A stretch of DNA of 64,000 nucleotides from Auanema rhodensis (taxonomy: Eukaryota; Animalia; Nematoda): contig OZ059896.1 of NCBI GenBank assembly GCA_964057225.1, forward strand, positions 20,832,001 through 20,896,000, written 5' to 3'. The translations under genes and the position numbers were made by a program. Numbering within the stretch: position 1 is the stretch's first letter; each line of letters opens with the position of its first letter. Positions 26,101 through 41,900 of the stretch are shown here, piece by piece. The notes beneath the pieces are model-generated. The model saw only the letters and a list, made by a program, of their open reading frames with translations, was not told the DNA's origin and made no database searches.

Positions 26101-28776
26101 TGCATTTTTAAGCTAGCGCAAATCTGATAACACAGATCGACGCAGCTTAAAAATCCACATCGAATGCACTATACTACATTGAGAAACGCTTGATACAAAA
26201 ATTAGTTATGATCGTTTGAAAAATGATGCATTAGTGTATGTTGAGTTTCCATGTACACTCAACATTGCTTCCAAAAACATTTTGACAAAAATTTTTTCGA
26301 AAAATTTCAAAATAATTTAGCAAAAAGTAGATATTTTTAGATTTCTTTTTTCAATGCAAAGACGATGGACAATGTTATTCAACGAAAAAATTAATTCTTC
26401 AGGGTGAAAATCGAGGATATAAGTGTGAACTTATATCAGTTGATATCTCGGTGCATTTTTAAGCTAGCGCAAATCTGATAACACAGATCGACGCAGCTTA
26501 AAAATCCGCATCGAAAGCACTATACTACATTGAGAAACGCTTAATACACAAATTAGTTATGATCGTTTGAAAAATGATGCATTAGTGTATGTTGAGTTTC
26601 CATGTACACTCAACATTGCTTCCAAAAACAGTTTGACAAAAATTTTTTCGAAAAATTTCAAAATAATTTAGCAAAAAGTAGATGTTTTTAGATTTCTTTT
26701 TTCAAGGCAAAGACGATGGACAATGTTATTCAACGAAAAAATTAATTCTTCAGGGTGAAAATCGAGGATATAAGTGTGAACTTATATCAGTTGATATCTC
26801 GGTGCATTTTTAAGCTAGCGCAAATCTGATAACACAGATCGACGCAGCTTAAAAATCCGCATCGAATGCACTATACTACATTGAGAAACGCTTAATACAC
26901 AAATTAGTTATGATCGTTTGAAAAATGATGCATTAGTGTATGTTGAGTTTCCATGTACACTCAACATTGCTTCCAAAAACAGTTTGACAAAAATTTTTTC
27001 GAAAAATTTCAAAATAATTTAGCAAAAAGTAGATGTTTTTAGATTTCTTTTTTCAAGGCAAAGACGATGGACAATGTTATTCAACGAAAAAATTAATTCT
27101 TCAGGGTGAAAATCGAGGATATAAGTGTGAACTTATATCAGTTGATATCTCGGTGCATTTTTAAGCTAGCGCAAATCTGATAACACAGATCGACGCAGCT
27201 TAAAAATCCGCATCGAATGCACTATACTACATCAAGAAACGCTTGATACAAAAATTAGTTATGATCGTTTGAAAAATGATGCATTAGTGTATGTTGAGTT
27301 TCCATGTACACTCAACATTGCTTCCAAAAACATTTTGACAAAAATTTTTTCGAAAAATTTCAAAATAATTTAGCAAGAAGTAGATGTTTTTAGATTTCTT
27401 TTTTCAAGGCAAAGACGATGGACAATGTTATTCAACGAAAAAATTAATTCTTCAGGGTGAAAATCGAGGATATAAGTGTGAACTTATATCAGTTGATATC
27501 TCGGTGCATTTTTAAGCTAGCGCAAATCTGATAACACAGATCGACGCAGCTTAAAAATCCACATCGAATGCACTATACTACATTGAGAAACGCTTGATAC
27601 AAAAATTAGTTATGATCGTTTGAAAAATGATGCATTAGTGTATGTTGAGTTTCCATGTACACTCAACATTGCTTCCAAAAACATTTTGACAAAAATTTTT
27701 TCAAAAAATTTCAAAATAATTTAGCAAGAAGTAGATGTTTTTAGATTTCTTTTTTCAAGGCAAAGACGATGGACAATGTTATTCAACGAAAAAATTAATT
27801 CTTCAGGGTGAAAATCGAGGATATAAGTGTGAACTTATATCAGTTGATATCTCGGTGCATTTTTAAGCTAGCGCAAATCTGATAACACAGATCGACGCAG
27901 CTTAAAAATCCGCATCGAATGCACTATACTACATTGAGAAACGCTTGATACAAAAATTAGTTATGATCGTTTGAAAAATGATGCATTAGTGTATGTTGAG
28001 TTTCCATGTACACTCAACATTGCTTCCAAAAACAGTTTGACAAAAATTTTTTCGAAAAATTTCAAAATAATTTAGCAAAAAGTAGATGTTTTCAGATTCC
28101 ATTTTTCAAGGCAAAGACGATAGACAATGTTATTCAACGAAAAAATTAATTCTTCAGGGTGAAAATCGAGGATATAAGTGTGAACTTATATCAGTTGATA
28201 TCTCGGTGCATTTTTAAGCTAGCGCAAATCTGATAACACAGATCGACGCAGCTTAAAAATCCGCATCGAATGCACTATACTACATCAAGAAACGCTTGAT
28301 ACAAAAATTAGTTATGATCGTTTGAAAAATGATGCATTAGTGTATGTTGAGTTTCCATGTACACTCAACATTGCTTCCAAAAACAGTTTGACAAAAATTT
28401 TTTCGAAAAATTTCAAAATAATTTAGCAAAAAGTAGATGTTTTTAGATTCCATTTTTCAAGGCAAAGACGATAGACAATGTTATTCAACGAAAAAATTAA
28501 TTCTTCAGGGTGAAAATCGAGGATATAAGTGTGAACTTATATCAGTTGATATCTCGGTGCATTTTTAAGCTAGCGCAAATCTGATAACACAGATCGACGC
28601 AGCTTAAGAATCCGCATCGAATGCACTATACTACATTGAGAAACGCTTAATACACAAATTAGTTATGATCGTTTGAAAAATGATGCATTAGTGTATGTTG
28701 AGTTTCCATGTACACTCAACATTGCTTCCAAAAACAGTTTGACAAAAATTTTTTCGAAAAATTTCAAAATAATTTA
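23161..28776 (+). repeat. Diverged duplication with 9-monomer offset (M67-73 ~ M76-82, 3159 bp)
   Basis: G14A+G36T occur only in M67 and M76; A183G only in M73 and M82; G331A in M70 and M79. Confidence 0.85.
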
Positions 28777-29127
28777 GCAAAAAGTAGATGTTTTTAGATT
28801 CCATTTTTCAAGGCAAAGACGATGGACAATGTTATTCAACGAAAAAATTAATTCTTCAGGGTGAAAATCGAGGATATAAGTGTGAACTTATATCAGTTGA
28901 TATCTCGGTGCATTTTTAAGCTAGCGCAAATCTGATAACACAGATCGACGCAGCTTAAAAATCCGCATCGAATGCACTATACTACATCAAGAAACGCTTG
29001 ATACAAAAATTAGTTATGATCGTTTGAAAAATGATGCATTAGTGTATGTTGAGTTTCCATGTACACTCAACATTGCTTCCAAAAACATTTTGACAAAAAT
29101 TTTTTCGAAAAATTTCAAAATAATTTA

Positions 29128-32100
29128 GCAAGAAGTAGATGTTTTTAGATTTCTTTTTTCAAGGCAAAGACGATGGACAATGTTATTCAACGAAAAAATT
29201 AATTCTTCAGGGTGAAAATCGAGGATATAAGTGTGAACTTATATCAGTTGATATCTCGGTGCATTTCTAAGCTAGCGCAAATCTGATAACACAGATCGGC
29301 GCAGCTTAAAATCCGCATCGAATGCACTATACTACATTGAGAAACGCTTGATACAAAAATTAGTTATGATCGTTTGAAAAATGATGCATTAGTGTATGTT
29401 GAGTTTCCATGTACACTCAACATTGCTTCCAAAAACATTTTGATAAAAATTTTTTCGAAAAATTTCAAAATAATTTAGCAAAAAGTAGATGTTTTTAGAT
29501 TCCATTTTTCAAGGCAAAGACGATAGACAATGTTATTCAACGAAAAAATTAATTCTTCAGGGTGAAAATCGAGGATATAAGTGTGAACTTATATCAGTTG
29601 ATATCTCGGTGCATTTTTAAGCTAGCGCAAATCTGATAACACAGATCGACGCAGCTTAAAAATCCGCATCGAATGCACTATACTACATCAAGAAACGCTT
29701 GATACAAAAATTAGTTATGATCGTTTGAAAAATGATGCATTAGTGTATGTTGAGTTTCCATGTACACTCAACATTGCTTCCAAAAACATTTTGATAAAAA
29801 TTTTTTCGAAAAATTTCAAAATAATTTAGCAAAAAGTAGATGTTTTTAGATTCCATTTTTCAAGGCAAAGACGATAGACAATGTTATTCAACGAAAAAAT
29901 TAATTCTTCAGGGTGAAAATCGAGGATATAAGTGTGAACTTATATCAGTTGATATCTCGGTGCATTTTTAAGCTAGCGCAAATCTGATAACACAGATCGA
30001 CGCAGCTTAAAAATCCGCATCGAATGCACTATACTACATCAAGAAACGCTTGATACAAAAATTAGTTATGATCGTTTGAAAAATGATGCATTAGTGTATG
30101 TTGAGTTTCCATGTACACTCAACATTGCTTCCAAAAACATTTTGACAAAAATTTTTTCGAAAAATTTCAAAATAATTTAGCAAAAAGTAGATGTTTTTAG
30201 ATTCCATTTCTCAAGGCAAAGACGATAGACAATGTTATTCAACGAAAAAATTAATTCTTCAGGGTGAAAATCGAGGATATAAGTGTGAACTTATATCAGT
30301 TGATATCTCGGTGCATTTCTAAGCTAGCGCAAATCTGATAACACAGATCGACGCAGCTTAAAAATCCGCATCGAATGCACTATACTACATTGAGAAACGC
30401 TTGATACAAAAATTAGTTATGATCGTTTGAAAAATGATGCATTAGTGTATGTTGAGTTTCCATGTACACTAAACATTGCTTCCAAAAACATTTTGACAAA
30501 AATTTTTTCGAAAAATTTCAAAATAATTTAGCAAAAAGTAGATGTTTTTAGATTCCATTTTTCAAGGCAAAGACGATAGACAATGTTATTCAACGAAAAA
30601 ATTAATTCTTCAGGGTGAAAATCGAGGATATAAGTGTGAACTTATATCAGTTGATATCTCGGTGCATTTTCAAGCTAGCGCAAATCTGATAACACAGATC
30701 GACGCAGCTTAAAAATCCGCATCGAATGCACTATACTACATTGAGAAACGCTTAATACACAAATTAGTTATGATCGTTTGAAAAATGATGCATTAGTGTA
30801 TGTTGAGTTTCCATGTACACTCAACATTGCTTCCAAAAACATTTTGACAAAAATTTTTTCGAAAAATTTCAAAATAATTTAGCAAGAAGTAGATGTTTTT
30901 AGATTCCATTTTTCAAGGCAAAGACGATAGACAATGTTATTCAACGAAAAAATTAATTCTTCAGGGTGAAAATCGAGGATATATGTGTGAACTTATATCA
31001 GTTGATATCTCGGTGCATTTTCAAGCTAGCGCAAATCTGATAACACAGATCGACGCAGCTTAAAAATCCGCATCGAATGCACTATGCTACATTGAGAAAC
31101 GCTTAATACACAAATTAGTTATGATCGTTTGAAAAATGATGCATTAGTGTATGTTGAGTTTCCATGTACACTCAACATTGCTTCCAAAAACATTTTGACA
31201 AAAATTTTTTCGAAAAATTTCAAAATAATTTAGCAAGAAGTAGATGTTTTTAGATTCCATTTTTCAAGGCAAAGACGATAGACAATGTTATTCAACGAAA
31301 AAATTAATTCTTCAGGGTGAAAATCGAGGATATATGTGTGAACTTATATCAGTTGATATCTCGGTGCATTTTCAAGCTAGCGCAAATCTGATAACACAGA
31401 TCGACGCAGCTTAAAAATCCGCATCGAATGCACTATGCTACATTGAGAAACGCTTAATACACAAATTAGTTATGATCGTTTGAAAAATGATGCATTAGTG
31501 TATGTTGAGTTTCCATGTACACTCAACATTGCTTCCAAAAACATTTTGACAAAAATTTTTTCGAAAAATTTCAAAATAATTTAGCAAGAAGTAGATGTTT
31601 TTAGATTTCTTTTTTCAAGGCAAAGACGATGGACAATGTTATTCAACGAAAAAATTAATTCTTCAGGGTGAAAATCGAGGATATAAGTGTGAACTTATAT
31701 CAGTTGATATCTCGGTGCATTTCTAAGCTAGCGCAAATCTGATAACACAGATCGGCGCAGCTTAAAATCCGCATCGAATGCACTATACTACATTGAGAAA
31801 CGCTTGATACAAAAATTAGTTATGATCGTTTGAAAAATGATGCATTAGTGTATGTTGAGTTTCCATGTACACTCAACATTGCTTCCAAAAACATTTTGAT
31901 AAAAATTTTTTCGAAAAATTTCAAAATAATTTAGCAAAAAGTAGATGTTTTTAGATTCCATTTTTCAAGGCAAAGACGATAGACAATGTTATTCAACGAA
32001 AAAATTAATTCTTCAGGGTGAAAATCGAGGATATAAGTGTGAACTTATATCAGTTGATATCTCGGTGCATTTTTAAGCTAGCGCAAATCTGATAACACAG

Positions 32101-35100
32101 ATCGACGCAGCTTAAAAATCCGCATCGAATGCACTATACTACATCAAGAAACGCTTGATACAAAAATTAGTTATGATCGTTTGAAAAATGATGCATTAGT
32201 GTATGTTGAGTTTCCATGTACACTCAACATTGCTTCCAAAAACATTTTGACAAAAATTTTTTCGAAAAATTTCAAAATAATTTAGCAAAAAGTAGATGTT
32301 TTTAGATTCCATTTCTCAAGGCAAAGACGATAGACAATGTTATTCAACGAAAAAATTAATTCTTCAGGGTGAAAATCGAGGATATAAGTGTGAACTTATA
32401 TCAGTTGATATCTCGGTGCATTTCTAAGCTAGCGCAAATCTGATAACACAGATCGACGCAGCTTAAAAATCCGCATCGAATGCACTATACTACATTGAGA
32501 AACGCTTGATACAAAAATTAGTTATGATCGTTTGAAAAATGATGCATTAGTGTATGTTGAGTTTCCATGTACACTCAACATTGCTTCCAAAAACATTTTG
32601 ACAAAAATTTTTTCGAAAAATTTCAAAATAATTTAGCAAAAAGTAGATGTTTTTAGATTCCATTTTTCAAGGCAAAGACGATAGACAATGTTATTCAACG
32701 AAAAAATTAATTCTTCAGGGTGAAAATCGAGGATATAAGTGTGAACTTATATCAGTTGATATCTCGGTGCATTTTCAAGCTAGCGCAAATCTGATAACAC
32801 AGATCGACGCAGCTTAAAAATCCGCATCGAATGCACTATACTACATTGAGAAACGCTTAATACACAAATTAGTTATGATCGTTTGAAAAATGATGCATTA
32901 GTGTATGTTGAGTTTCCATGTACACTCAACATTGCTTCCAAAAACATTTTGACAAAAATTTTTTCGAAAAATTTCAAAATAATTTAGCAAGAAGTAGATG
33001 TTTTTAGATTCCATTTTTCAAGGCAAAGACGATAGACAATGTTATTCAACGAAAAAATTAATTCTTCAGGGTGAAAATCGAGGATATATGTGTGAACTTA
33101 TATCAGTTGATATCTCGGTGCATTTTCAAGCTAGCGCAAATCTGATAACACAGATCGACGCAGCTTAAAAATCCGCATCGAATGCACTATACTACATTGA
33201 GAAACGCTTAATACACAAATTAGTTATGATCGTTTGAAAAATGATGCATTAGTGTATGTTGAGTTTCCATGTACACTCAACATTGCTTCCAAAAACAGTT
33301 TGACAAAAATTTTTTCGAAAAATTTCAAAATAATTTAGCAAAAAGTAGATGTTTTTAGATTCCATTTCTCAAGGCAAAGACGATAGACAATGTTATTCAA
33401 CGAAAAAATTAATTCTTCAGGGTGAAAATCGAGGATATATGTGTGAACTTATATCAGTTGATATCTCGGTGCATTTTCAAGCTAGCGCAAATCTGATAAC
33501 ACAGATCGACGCAGCTTAAAAATCCGCATCGAATGCACTATGCTACATTGAGAAACGCTTAATACACAAATTAGTTATGATCGTTTGAAAAATGATGCAT
33601 TAGTGTATGTTGAGTTTCCATGTACACTCAACATTGCTTCCAAAAACATTTTGACAAAAATTTTTTCGAAAAATTTCAAAATAATTTAGCAAAAAGTAGA
33701 TGTTTTTAGATTTCTTTTTTCAAGGCAAAGACGATGGACAATGTTATTCAACGAAAAAATTAATTCTTCAGGGTGAAAATCGAGGATATAAGTGTGAACT
33801 TATATCAGTTGATATCTCGGTGCATTTCTAAGCTAGCGCAAATCTGATAACACAGATCGGCGCAGCTTAAAATCCGCATCGAATGCACTATACTACATTG
33901 AGAAACGCTTGATACAAAAATTAGTTATGATCGTTTGAAAAATGATGCATTAGTGTATGTTGAGTTTCCATGTACACTCAACATTGCTTCCAAAAACATT
34001 TTGATAAAAATTTTTTCGAAAAATTTCAAAATAATTTAGCAAAAAGTAGATGTTTTTAGATTCCATTTTTCAAGGCAAAGACGATAGACAATGTTATTCA
34101 ACGAAAAAATTAATTCTTCAGGGTGAAAATCGAGGATATAAGTGTGAACTTATATCAGTTGATATCTCGGTGCATTTTTAAGCTAGCGCAAATCTGATAA
34201 CACAGATCGACGCAGCTTAAAAATCCGCATCGAATGCACTATACTACATCAAGAAACGCTTGATACAAAAATTAGTTATGATCGTTTGAAAAATGATGCA
34301 TTAGTGTATGTTGAGTTTCCATGTACACTCAACATTGCTTCCAAAAACATTTTGACAAAAATTTTTTCGAAAAATTTCAAAATAATTTAGCAAAAAGTAG
34401 ATGTTTTTAGATTCCATTTCTCAAGGCAAAGACGATAGACAATGTTATTCAACGAAAAAATTAATTCTTCAGGGTGAAAATCGAGGATATAAGTGTGAAC
34501 TTATATCAGTTGATATCTCGGTGCATTTCTAAGCTAGCGCAAATCTGATAACACAGATCGACGCAGCTTAAAAATCCGCATCGAATGCACTATACTACAT
34601 TGAGAAACGCTTGATACAAAAATTAGTTATGATCGTTTGAAAAATGATGCATTAGTGTATGTTGAGTTTCCATGTACACTCAACATTGCTTCCAAAAACA
34701 TTTTGACAAAAATTTTTTCGAAAAATTTCAAAATAATTTAGCAAAAAGTAGATGTTTTTAGATTCCATTTTTCAAGGCAAAGACGATAGACAATGTTATT
34801 CAACGAAAAAATTAATTCTTCAGGGTGAAAATCGAGGATATAAGTGTGAACTTATATCAGTTGATATCTCGGTGCATTTTCAAGCTAGCGCAAATCTGAT
34901 AACACAGATCGACGCAGCTTAAAAATCCGCATCGAATGCACTATACTACATTGAGAAACGCTTAATACACAAATTAGTTATGATCGTTTGAAAAATGATG
35001 CATTAGTGTATGTTGAGTTTCCATGTACACTCAACATTGCTTCCAAAAACATTTTGACAAAAATTTTTTCGAAAAATTTCAAAATAATTTAGCAAGAAGT

Positions 35101-35793
35101 AGATGTTTTTAGATTCCATTTTTCAAGGCAAAGACGATAGACAATGTTATTCAACGAAAAAATTAATTCTTCAGGGTGAAAATCGAGGATATATGTGTGA
35201 ACTTATATCAGTTGATATCTCGGTGCATTTTCAAGCTAGCGCAAATCTGATAACACAGATCGACGCAGCTTAAAAATCCGCATCGAATGCACTATACTAC
35301 ATTGAGAAACGCTTAATACACAAATTAGTTATGATCGTTTGAAAAATGATGCATTAGTGTATGTTGAGTTTCCATGTACACTCAACATTGCTTCCAAAAA
35401 CAGTTTGACAAAAATTTTTTCGAAAAATTTCAAAATAATTTAGCAAAAAGTAGATGTTTTTAGATTCCATTTCTCAAGGCAAAGACGATAGACAATGTTA
35501 TTCAACGAAAAAATTAATTCTTCAGGGTGAAAATCGAGGATATAAGTGTGAACTTATATCAGTTGATATCTCGGTGCATTTCTAAGCTAGCGCAAATCTG
35601 ATAACACAGATCGACGCAGCTTAAAAATCCGCATCGAATGCACTATACTACATTGAGAAACGCTTGATACAAAAATTAGTTATGATCGTTTGAAAAATGA
35701 TGCATTAGTGTATGTTGAGTTTCCATGTACACTCAACATTGCTTCCAAAAACATTTTGACAAAAATTTTTTCGAAAAATTTCAAAATAATTTA
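29128..35793 (+). repeat. Variable 6-7-mer higher-order repeat, 3 copies (starts 29128, 31584, 33689)
   Basis: Each unit begins with the 350-bp monomer carrying T140C, A172G, the deletion and C318T. It is followed by TG>CA, T31C+T140C, and T141C+G224A monomers. Confidence 0.87.
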
Positions 35794-38700
35794 GCAAAAA
35801 GTAGATGTTTTTAGATTCCATTTTTCAAGGCAAAGACGATAGACAATGTTATTGAACGAAAAAATTAATTCTTCAGGGTGAAAATCGAGGATATAAGTGT
35901 GAACTTATATCAGTTGATATCTCGGTGCATTTTCAAGCTAGCGCAAATCTGATAACACAGATCGACGCAGCTTAAAAATCCGCATCGAATGCACTATACT
36001 ACATTGAGAAACGCTTGATACAAAAATTAGTTATGATCGTTTGAAAAATGATGCATTAGTGTATGTTGAGTTTCCATGTACACTCAACATTGCTTCCAAA
36101 AACATTTTGACAAAAATTTTTTCGAAAAATTTCAAAATAATTTAGCAAAAAGTAGATGTTTTTAGATTCCATTTTTCAAGGCAAAGACGATAGACAATGT
36201 TATTCAACGAAAAAATTAATTCTTCAGGGTGAAAATCGAGGATATAAGTGTGAACTTATATCAGTTGATATCTCGGTGCATTTTTAAGCTAGCGCAAATC
36301 TGATAACACAGATCGACGCAGCTTAAAAATCCGCATCGAATGCACTATACTACATTGAGAAACGCTTAATACACAAATTAGTTATGATCGTTTGAAAAAT
36401 GATGCATTAGTGTATGTTGAGTTTCCATGTACACTCAACATTGCTTCCAAAAACAGTTTGACAAAAATTTTTTCGAAAAATTTCAAAATAATTTAGCAAA
36501 ATGTAGATGTTTTTAGATTTCTTTTTTCAAGGCAAAGACGATGGACAATGTTATTCAACGAAAAAATTAATTCTTCAGGGTGAAAATCGAGGATATAAGT
36601 GTGAACTTATATCAGTTGATATCTCGGTGCATTTTTAAGCTAGCGCAAATCTGATAACACAGATCGACGCAGCTTAAAAATCCGCATCGAATGCACTATA
36701 CTACATCAAGAAACGCTTGATACAAAAATTAGTTATGATCGTTTGAAAAATGATGCATTAGTGTATGTTGAGTTTCCATGTACACTCAACATTGCTTCCA
36801 AAAACATTTTGACAAAAATTTTTTCGAAAAATTTCAAAATAATTTAGCAAGAAGTAGATGTTTTTAGATTTCTTTTTTCAAGGCAAAGACGATGGACAAT
36901 GTTATTCAACGAAAAAATTAATTCTTCAGGGTGAAAATCGAGGATATAAGTGTGAACTTATATCAGTTGATATCTCGGTGCATTTTTAAGCTAGCGCAAA
37001 TCTGATAACACAGATCGACGCAGCTTAAAAATCCGCATCGAATGCACTATACTACATTGAGAAACGCTTGATACAAAAATTAGTTATGATCGTTTGAAAA
37101 ATGATGCATTAGTGTATGTTGAGTTTCCATGTACACTCAACATTGCTTCCAAAAACATTTTGACAAAAATTTTTTCGAAAAATTTCAAAATAATTTAGCA
37201 AAAAGTAGATGTTTTTAGATTCCTTTTTTCAAGGCAAAGACGATAGACAATGTTATTCAACGAAAAAATTAATTCTTCAGGGTGAAAATCGAGGATATAA
37301 GTGTGAACTTATATCAGTTGATATCTCGGTGCATTTCTAAGCTAGCGCAAATCTGATAACACAGATCGACGCAGCTTAAAAATCCGCATGGAATGCACTA
37401 TACTACATTGAGAAACGCTTGATACAAAAATTAGTTATGATCGTTTGAAAAATGATGCATTAGTGTATGTTGAGTTTCCATGTACACTCAACATTGCTTC
37501 CAAAAACATTTTGACAAAAATTTTTTCGAAAAATTTCAAAATAATTTAGCAAAAAGTAGATGTTTTTAGATTCCATTTTTCAAGGCAAAGACGATAGACA
37601 ATGTTATTCAACGAAAAAATTAATTCTTCAGGGTGAAAATCGAGGATATAAGTGTGAACTTATATCAGTTGATATCTCGGTGCATTTTTAAGCTAGCGCA
37701 AATCTGATAACACAGATCGACGCAGCTTAAAAATCCGCATCGAATGCACTATACTACATTGAGAAACGCTTAATACACAAATTAGTTATGATCGTTTGAA
37801 AAATGATGCATTAGTGTATGTTGAGTTTCCATGTACACTCAACATTGCTTCCAAAAACAGTTTGACAAAAATTTTTTCGAAAAATTTCAAAATAATTTAG
37901 CAAAAAGTAGATGTTTTTAGATTTCTTTTTTCAAGGCAAAGACGATGGACAATGTTATTCAACGAAAAAATTAATTCTTCAGGGTGAAAATCGAGGATAT
38001 AAGTGTGAACTTATATCAGTTGATATCTCGGTGCATTTTCAAGCTAGCGCAAATCTGATAACACAGATCGACGCAGCTTAAAAATCCGCATCGAATGCAC
38101 TATACTACATTGAGAAACGCTTGATACAAAAATTAGTTATGATCGTTTGAAAAATGATGCATTAGTGTATGTTGAGTTTCCATGTACACTCAACATTGCT
38201 TCCAAAAACATTTTGACAAAAATTTTTTCGAAAAATTTCAAAATAATTTAGCAAAAAGTAGATGTTTTTAGATTCCATTTTTCAAGGCAAAGACGATAGA
38301 CAATGTTATTCAACGAAAAAATTAATTCTTCAGGGTGAAAATCGAGGATATAAGTGTGAACTTATATCAGTTGATATCTCGGTGCATTTTTAAGCTAGCG
38401 CAAATCTGATAACACAGATCGACGCAGCTTAAAAATCCGCATCGAATGCACTATACTACATTGAGAAACGCTTAATACACAAATTAGTTATGATCGTTTG
38501 AAAAATGATGCATTAGTGTATGTTGAGTTTCCATGTACACTCAACATTGCTTCCAAAAACAGTTTGACAAAAATTTTTTCGAAAAATTTCAAAATAATTT
38601 AGCAAAAAGTAGATGTTTTTAGATTTCTTTTTTCAAGGCAAAGACGATGGACAATGTTATTCAACGAAAAAATTAATTCTTCAGGGTGAAAATCGAGGAT

Positions 38701-38952
38701 ATAAGTGTGAACTTATATCAGTTGATATCTCGGTGCATTTTTAAGCTAGCGCAAATCTGATAACACAGATCGACGCAGCTTAAAAATCCGCATCGAATGC
38801 ACTATACTACATCAAGAAACGCTTGATACAAAAATTAGTTATGATCGTTTGAAAAATGATGCATTAGTGTATGTTGAGTTTCCATGTACACTCAACATTG
38901 CTTCCAAAAACATTTTGACAAAAATTTTTTCGAAAAATTTCAAAATAATTTA

Positions 38953-41900
38953 GCAAGAAGTAGATGTTTTTAGATTTCTTTTTTCAAGGCAAAGACGATA
39001 GACAATGTTATTCAACGAAAAAATTAATTCTTCAGGGTGAAAATCGAGGATATAAGTGTGAACTTATATCAGTTGATATCTCGGTGCATTTTTAAGCTAG
39101 CGCAAATCTGATAACACAGATCGACGCAGCTTAAAAATCCGCATCGAATGCACTATACTACATTGAGAAACGCTTGATACAAAAATTAGTTATGATCGTT
39201 TGAAAAATGATGCATTAGTGTATGTTGAGTTTCCATGTACACTCAACATTGCTTCCAAAAACATTTTGACAAAAATTTTTTCGAAAAATTTCAAAATAAT
39301 TTAGCAAGAAGTAGATGTTTTTAGATTCCATTTTTCAAGGCAAAGACGATAGACAATGTTATTCAACGAAAAAATTAATTCTTCAGGGTGAAAATCGAGG
39401 ATATATGTGTGAACTTATATCAGTTGATATCTCGGTGCATTTTTAAGCTAGCGCAAATCTGATAACACAGATCAACGCAGCTTAAAAATCCACATCGAAT
39501 GCACTTTACTACATTGAGAAACGCTTGATACAAAAATTAGTTATGATCGTTTGAAAAATGATGCATTAGTGTATGTTGAGTTTCCATGTACACTCAACAT
39601 TGCTTCCAAAAACATTTTGACAAAAATTTTTTCGAAAAATTTCAAAATAATTTAGCAAAAAGTAGATGTTTTTAGATTCCATTTTTCAAGGCAAAGACGA
39701 TAGACAATGTTATTCAACGAAAAAATTAATTCTTCAGGGTGAAAATCGAGGATATAAGTATGAACTTATATCAGTTGATATCTCGGTGCATTTTTAAGCT
39801 AGCGCAAATCTGATAACACAGATCGACGCAGCTTAAAAATCCGCATCGAATGCACTATACTACATTGAGAAACGCTTAATACACAAATTAGTTATGATCG
39901 TTTGAAAAATGATGCATTAGTGTATGTTGAGTTTCCATGTACACTCAACATTGCTTCCAAAAACAGTTTGACAAAAATTTTTTCGAAAAATTTCAAAATA
40001 ATTTAGCAAAAAGTAGATGTTTTTAGATTTCTTTTTTCAAGGCAAAGACGATGGACTATGTTATTCAACGAAAAAATTAATTCTTCAGGGTGAAAATCGA
40101 GGATATAAGTGTGAACTTATATCAGTTGATATCTCGGTGCATTTTTAAGCTAGCGCAAATCTGATAACACAGATCGACGCAGCTTAAAAATCCGCATCGA
40201 ATGCACTATACTACATCAAGAAACGCTTGATACAAAAATTAGTTATGATCGTTTGAAAAATGATGCATTAGTGTATGTTGAGTTTCCATGTACACTCAAC
40301 ATTGCTTCCAAAAACATTTTGACAAAAATTTTTTCGAAAAATTTCAAAATAATTTAGCAAGAAGTAGATGTTTTTAGATTTCTTTTTTCAAGGCAAAGAC
40401 GATGGACAATGTTATTCAACGAAAAAATTAATTCTTCAGGGTGAAAATCGAGGATATAAGTGTGAACTTATATCAGTTGATATCTCGGTGCATTTTTAAG
40501 CTAGCGCAAATCTGATAACACAGATCGACGCAGCTTAAAAATCCGCATCGAATGCACTATACTACATTGAGAAACGCTTGATACAAAAATTAGTTATGAT
40601 CGTTTGAAAAATGATGCATTAGTGTATGTTGAGTTTCCATGTACACTCAACATTGCTTCCAAAAACATTTTGACAAAAATTTTTTCGAAAAATTTCAAAA
40701 TAATTTAGCAAGAAGTAGATGTTTTTAGATTCCATTTTTCAAGGCAAAGACGATAGACAATGTTATTCAACGAAAAAATTAATTCTTCAGGGTGAAAATC
40801 GAGGATATAAGTGTGAACTTATATCAGTTGATATCTCGGTGCATTTTTAAGCTAGCGCAAATCTGATAACACAGATCGACGCAGCTTAAAAATCCACATC
40901 GAATGCACTTTACTACATTGAGAAACGCTTGATACAAAAATTAGTTATGATCGTTTGAAAAATGATGCATTAGTGTATGTTGAGTTTCCATGTACACTCA
41001 ACATTGCTTCCAAAAACATTTTGACAAAAATTTTTTCGAAAAATTCCAAAATAATTTAGCAAAAAGTAGATGTTTTTAGATTCCTTTTTTCAAGGCAAAG
41101 ACGATGGACAATGTTATTCAACGAAAAAATTAATTCTTCAGGGTGAAAATCGAGGATATAAGTGTGAACTTATATCAGTTGATATCTCGGTGCATTTCTA
41201 AGCTAGCGCAAATCTGATAACACAGATCGACGCAGCTTAAAAATTCGCATCGAATGCACTATACTACATTGAGAAACGCTTGATACAAAAATTAGTTATG
41301 ATCGTTTGAAAAATGATGCATTAGTGTATGTTGAGTTTCCATGTACACTCAACATTGCTTCCAAAAACATTTTGACAAAAATTTTTTCGAAAAATTTCAA
41401 AATAATTTAGCAAAAAGTAGATGTTTTTAGATTCCATTTTTCAAGGCAAAGACGATAGACAATGTTATTCAACGAAAAAATTAATTCTTCAGGGTGAAAA
41501 TCGAGGATATAAGTGTGAACTTATATCAGTTGATATCTCGGTGCATTTTTAAGCTAGCGCAAATCTGATAACACAGATCGACGCAGCTTAAAAATCCGCA
41601 TCGAATGCACTATACTACATCAAGAAACGCTTGATACAAAAATTAGTTATGATCGTTTGAAAAATGATGCATTAGTGTATGTTGAGTTTCCATGTACACT
41701 CAACATTGCTTCCAAAAACATTTTGACAAAAATTTTTTCGAAAAATTTCAAAATAATTTAGCAAGAAGTAGATGTTTTTAGATTTCTTTTTTCAAGGCAA
41801 AGACGATAGACAATGTTATTCAACGAAAAAATTAATTCTTCAGGGTGAAAATCGAGGATATAAGTGTGAACTTATATCAGTTGATATCTCGGTGCATTTT

